Positions 56,697 to 64,000 of a DNA stretch of 64,000 nucleotides are shown here, one piece after another. A program made the translations under genes and the position numbers. Numbering within the stretch: position 1 is the first letter of the stretch; the number at the start of each line of letters is the position of its first letter. The stretch is from the human T2T-CHM13v2.0 reference genome, Homo sapiens. Where the stretch lies: the NCBI RefSeq assembly GCF_009914755.1, contig NC_060930.1; one strand, given 5' to 3'. The notes beneath the pieces were generated by a model. That model was given only the letters and a program-made list of their open reading frames with translations. It did not search any database and was not told the DNA's origin.

Positions 56697-56699
<3 letters not shown>

Positions 56700-57060
56700 G
56701 AGTGTACTTGTAGATCCCCTATTTTGGAGAAATTCATTGAGCTATATGTGTTTATTTATGCCAACACCCTACTGTCTTGAATGCAACAGCTTTTTACTAA
56801 GACTTTTTTCAGACAGTGAAATCCTCCAACTTTGTTCTTTTTCAAAATTTCTTTTGGTTACTTATTTTCCTTTGCATTTTCAAATGTAAATAATTTAGTC
56901 AGCATGTCAATTTTTAAGAAAAAAGATGCCAGAAATTTGGAATTATTTTAAATCTGTGAATCAGTTTTGGGAATGATTGATAGCTTAGCAATATTGAGTC
57001 ATCTAATCCATGATCATAATAAATCTTTCCATTTAGGTCTCTTTAATTCTATAAACATGG

Positions 57061-57125
57061 TGCATTAGTCAGTGTTCTCCAAAGAAACAGGACCAGTAGG
57101 ATATGGACATATATATGTGTGCACA

Positions 57126-57174
<49 letters not shown>

Positions 57175-57587
57175 TTATAAGGAAATGGCTCCTGTGATTA
57201 TGGAAGGGCTAGGAAGTGCTATGATCTGCCTTCTGCAATCTGGATCCCAAGAAAACCTGAAAGTGTAGCCCTGGCCCAAGGCCAAAGGCCTGAGACACCA
57301 ATAATATAAACTCCAGTTTGAGGTCAGGAAACAAAAGTTCCAGCTCAAGTAGCCGAGTAGAAAGAGTGAGTTCTCTTTTCCTCTGGCTTTTTGTTGGGCT
57401 CAGACCCTCAGTGAGTTGGATTATGCCCACCCATATTTGGGAGGGCAATCTGCTTTACTCCATCTACTGATTCAAATACTGATATCATCCAGAAACACCT
57501 GTGCAGATAGACTCAGAAATCATTTTTAACTGAGTCTGTGGGCACCCCATCATCCAGTCAAGTTGACACATGAAACTAACCATCATG
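57061..57587 (-). mobile_element. MLT2B/C-like ERVL solo LTR with 5-bp TSD and internal (TG)n (57130-57172)
   Basis: TGCATTAGTCAGTGTTCTCC...CAGTCAAGTTGACACATGAAACTAACCATCA; TSD CATGG at 57056-57060 and 57588-57592. Confidence 0.9.
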
Positions 57588-57899
57588 CATGGTTTATGCT
57601 TTACAGCACACAGGTCTTGTACATAATTTGTCAAGTATCTTCCACCTGTTTGATGAGAAGCAACTGACTGGGAGAAAATATTTTGAAACCACATATTCAA
57701 AATAGGATTCAATCCTGAATATGTAAAGAACTGTAAAATATATAAGGACGCTTGGGGAGAAATTGCTCTGTAACCTATTTGTGGTCATGGTTACATGAAT
57801 CTATTTTCAAAAACTCATAGAAAACATACAAAAAATGTGTATTACCATTATTATTTTGAGAAGAATTTTTAAAAAATAAATAATCCATAAAACATCACA

Positions 57900-59850
<1,951 letters not shown>

Positions 59851-60100
59851 TTCTAAAATAATATGACATTTGTAACAATCATTTTCCCACTTTAAACAGT
59901 GGGAATTATGGCTTACATAATAATTGGAGTACAAAACTATATAATGGAAACTTAAGACAGTTATTGTAAATATTTCAGAAATATGACAGCATATCTAAAG
60001 ATGAGCCATCACATCACCTACCTCTAAAATGAAACTTATTAATAAATTGAGATTGAAGAATATGACTCAGAATAATGCAGAACTTTCTCAATGCAATTAC

Positions 60101-60383
60101 TTCTTTTTTTTTGTTTCGAGACGGAGTTTCGCTCTGCCACCCAGCATGATCTCGGCTCACTGCAAGCTCCGCTTCCCGTTTTCACGCCATTCTCCTGCCT
60201 CAGCCTCCCGAGTAGCTGGGACTACAGGCGCCTGCCACCACACCCGGCTAATTTTTTGTATTTATAGTAGAGACGGGGTTTCACCGTGTTAGCCAGGATG
60301 GTCTCGATCTCCTGATCTCGTGATCCGCCTGCCTCGGCCTTCCAAAGTGCTGGGATTGCAGGTGTAAGCTACCGCTCACGGCC
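60101..60383 (-). mobile_element. AluY with a ~15-nt internal deletion
   Basis: TGCAAGCTCC, CACGCCATTCTCC, GTGTTAGCCAGGATGG; GCTGGAGTGCAGTGG is absent. Confidence 0.92.
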
Positions 60384-60855
60384 GTTACCTATTCTTTTTT
60401 TTGTTTTGTTTTGTTTTCTTTTTGCAAACCAAAGAATTTTATTTGGAGTAATAGCTAAGAAAACAGCTTTTTATGGAAACTGAAAAAGAGAGTAGAGGAA
60501 ATGTAAGAGCTACTCCTTAAGAAATAACTTTAATAGTTAAAAAACTTTCGTAGAATCTTACTAAAAAGGAGACAACATTAGTTTAACTTTTGACAGAGAT
60601 AAAAATAACTGAGCAAGAATCTGGCCTAATAACCAGACCTTGGATTAGTATACTTTCTAGTTATAGATGTAAAACCTCAAAGTACATATATTCAGTACAA
60701 GTCAAAAAAATATAAAATAGTGCTAGAACATCCTTTACTTTTTCATGTCCTTGAAAATGAGAAGAGTAATATACTTAAGTAATTCCTTCTTAAGAATGTC
60801 CCTTAAACTGTAACAACTTCATAGCAGCTTGACTTAGTGTACTTATTCCTTAAAA

Positions 60856-61188
60856 CAGCAGTCCCCAACCTTTGGGCACCGGGGACTGGTTTCATGGAAG
60901 ACAACTTTTCCACGGATGAGGGGGGTGGTTTGGGGATGAAATTGTTCCACCTCAGATCATCAGGCATTAGTTAGATTCTCATAAAAATATGCACAACCTA
61001 GATTCCTCACATGCGCAGTTGACAATAGGGATCACACTCCTATGAGAATGTAATGCCGCTGATCTGACAGGAGACAAAACTCAGGCAGTAATGCTGGTTC
61101 ACCTGCTGCTCACCTTCTGCTGTGCAGTCCAGTTTCTAATAGGCCACAGACCTGTACCAGTCCGCGACGCAGCATGTGGGGACCGCTG
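60856..61188 (+). mobile_element. MER1B hAT-Charlie MITE
   Basis: TIRs CAGCAGTCCCC / GGGGACCGCTG; 8-bp TSD CCTTAAAA / CTTTAAAA. Confidence 0.92.
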
Positions 61189-61580
61189 CTTTAAAAGTCA
61201 TAAAGATGATAAATTCAGAAATAATTTAAGCAGCCTACTCTCAAATAAATACTTGTAAAATATTGAAATGTCTAGGAGCCAAGTGGTCCAGAAATGAGAA
61301 GTACATCATATTATACGTTCCTTTTGTCACTAATTTAAATCATTCTTTCATTTACAGCTCAGGGTCCTTTAATTGTCTGCCTAGTCTATACATATAAGTT
61401 ATAAAGTACCTACTATGATCTACATGAAAGGAAAGTATTATAGAGAACAAACAGAGCCAATGAAATCCCCAAATTAGAAATATTCCTTCCTTAGGTAGAT
61501 TTGGTAAAATAAAATAAAACAAAATAAAATAGCCACTGTTTAGCTTATGTTGCCAAGTCAATTGACTAGAAACTATAGTT

Positions 61581-61893
<313 letters not shown>

Positions 61894-62020
61894 TAGAAAC
61901 TGTAGTTCTTAAATGTTTCTCTGGTAGACTCAGAAATAATTAGCTCTGTCTTGTTTTCCTTCCTCTTTCTTCCTTCTCTTTCTCTTCCTCCCTTTTCTTA
62001 TTTAAATATTAACCTTTGAA

Positions 62021-62226
62021 ATGATTGTAGTTAACAACAATATACTGTATTCTCGAGAAATGCTGAGAGTAGATTTTAAGTGTTCTCATCACAAAAATGA
62101 TAACTACATGAGGTAAAGTATGTTAATTAGCTTGATTTAGCCATTCCACAATGTATACACATTTCAAATTACCATACTGTGTACACTAAAAATATACAAT
62201 TTTATGTCAATTTAAAAAAATAAAAA
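62021..62226 (+). mobile_element. L1MA (L1MA5/6-like) 3' end
   Basis: GAGAGTAGATTTTAAGTGTTCTCATCACAAAAA, TAATTAGCTTGATTTAGCCATTCCACAATGTATAC. Confidence 0.85.
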
Positions 62227-62859
62227 ATTTAAAAACCTAATGAAGTAACAGAATGAAGCAAATAGTATCCTCTCCTGATTTAACTCAGAGGCTTTACTTT
62301 AGCATTTCTTCATTATTGGATCAAATCAAAGTTCACAGTAGCTCTTCAATAAATATTTCTTGAATAAATGAATGGATCAAATTCAGGGAATATGGGAATA
62401 AATAATGGAGTGAGTTAAAATATGTATCACTTTAAGATTTGGAACCTCTGGGAAAATTATTTTTTATTTCTGATCACATAATACCCTCAAGTTATTTCAT
62501 TCCTTCATTTTTTTTTATTTGGACAGAATAGAATATTTTTCATCCATGCTACTTAAACGTTCTTTTGGGTCCTTGCTGTCTTTTGCTATAACCTGAATAT
62601 CAATTGTTCTTTAATATTTTATCTTTAGTGTTTGGCTAAGTTATATTTCATGGCATGTAATAACATTTGTAATGCTATTCATAGTAGATAGATTCAATTT
62701 GCCCTCTCAATGGCTTTATACTTGAATAAGCACCTGTGCTTTTTCTACTGAGCCTATGAAAAGTTTCTCATCAAAATATATACTTTGTTGGTAAGCATAT
62801 CCTGTTATTTGGTATTTTATTTGACATTAAATATATGAACTAGTATAAAAGTACAAAAA

Positions 62860-63810
62860 TATGAAAGAAAGAAATAATAATTGAAATTTAGCATAATTAA
62901 TGCTCTATTTTTCAAAAGAACCATTAAGAAAATGAGTTGGCAAGCCATAGAGTGGGGAAAATTATTTCCAATCCATATATCAGATAAAGGACTCATAATC
63001 AGACTAGATAAAGAATTGTACATAAGAAATACAAAGAAAAATCAATAAAAATGGTCAAAATTTAGAACAGATGTATGAAAAAGAATGACAAAATATCTAA
63101 GAAGCACATAAAAATGTGCCCAACATTATTAGTTGTCAAGGAAGCATAAAATCAAAATAGTTGACTACTATACATTCCTAAAATGGCTAAAATTTTTAAA
63201 GACTGACAAAACCAAAGGTTACCGTGAATATACAGCAACTGGAGCTTTTCTAATTAGTAGTGGTTGAGTAACATAATAAAAATAAACAGGAAAATTAATA
63301 ATTTCTTATAACAATGCATATTTACTTCTTCTGTGATCTAGTGATTCCTCTTCTATGTAGAGTGCAAGATAAATTAAAATATATGTACATAAAATGTTCA
63401 TACAAAACTATTTACAATAGCTGAATTCATCCTAGCCAAAACCCAGAATACTTAAGAACAGAAAATGGATAAACAAACAATTATAATATGGAACACTCCT
63501 CACCAACAGTGAATGCATTTCAAAATTATTAAGGTTAAAGAAACCAGACACAAAAGATTAGATATCATATGATTCTACTTATATGAAGTTCTAGAACAAG
63601 TGAAACAAAGCTATAGTGATAAAAGCCCAAATTTGCCTCAGGATGTAGGGGTGGGGATTGACTAAGAAGGGGTGCAATGGAACTTTATGGAGTGATGAAA
63701 ATTTTCTATGTAATAGTGTTGTGGGTTACACATGTGTAAGAACTTGTCAAAGTCGATTAAACTATAAACATAAGGTATACATATTTCACTGTAAATTTCA
63801 TTATATAATG
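62860..63810 (+). mobile_element. Old L1ME 3' region
   Basis: CAAGCCATAGAGTGGGGAAAATTATTT, ATGATTCTACTTATATGAAGTTCTAGAACA and GGTTACACATGTGTA motifs. Confidence 0.75.
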
Positions 63811-63891
63811 TCAATTTATAATATATATCCCAATTTATAATACATAACTAGAAATATAGAACAAATTCAGAAGAAACTGTTGTTGGATTTT

Positions 63892-64000
63892 GGAGGTGGA
63901 GCAAGACAACTGAATAGAATCCTCCACTGATTGTCCTCCCTATAGGAACACCAAATTCTACAATTATCTACAGAAAAAAAAGCACCTTCATAAGAAACAA
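63892..64000 (+). mobile_element. 5' start of an L1M1/L1MA-type element running out of the window
   Basis: GGAGGTGGAGCAAGACAACTGAATAGAA..GGAACACCAAA..AGCACCTTCA, homologous to the 5' end of the 42805-48875 element. Confidence 0.75.

Overview
AT-rich primate (probably human) genomic DNA dominated by interspersed repeats. I recognise no host protein-coding gene, RNA gene or CRISPR array; nearly all ORFs in the track are L1, Alu or Tigger derived, or chance ORFs. The main landmarks are: (1) a full-length L1PA2/L1PA3-type LINE-1 (21920-27926, 14-bp TSD) with disrupted ORF1 and ORF2 but an intact antisense ORF0 and both ORF0 splice donors; (2) an old 5'-to-3' L1MA/L1M1-type element (42805-48875, minus) with an internal microhomology deletion; (3) a 5'-truncated L1PREC2-like element, a truncated Tigger1, several solo LTRs (MLT2, MLT1, MST, MER61, MER67), seven Alus, MER1B, L2/MIR relics and microsatellites. 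Structure not explained by repeat annotation includes a ~260-bp local inverted duplication spanning an L1-L1 junction, several template-switch scars, a fold-back element inside a MIR, a possible ancient ERVL-type gag relic, and a series of minus-strand exon-like segments, one split by the L1PREC2 insertion. These exon-like segments could mark an unannotated or decayed gene, but they are also compatible with chance. I could not establish a new biological system. Subfamily names come from recalled consensus features and need RepeatMasker/Dfam confirmation.
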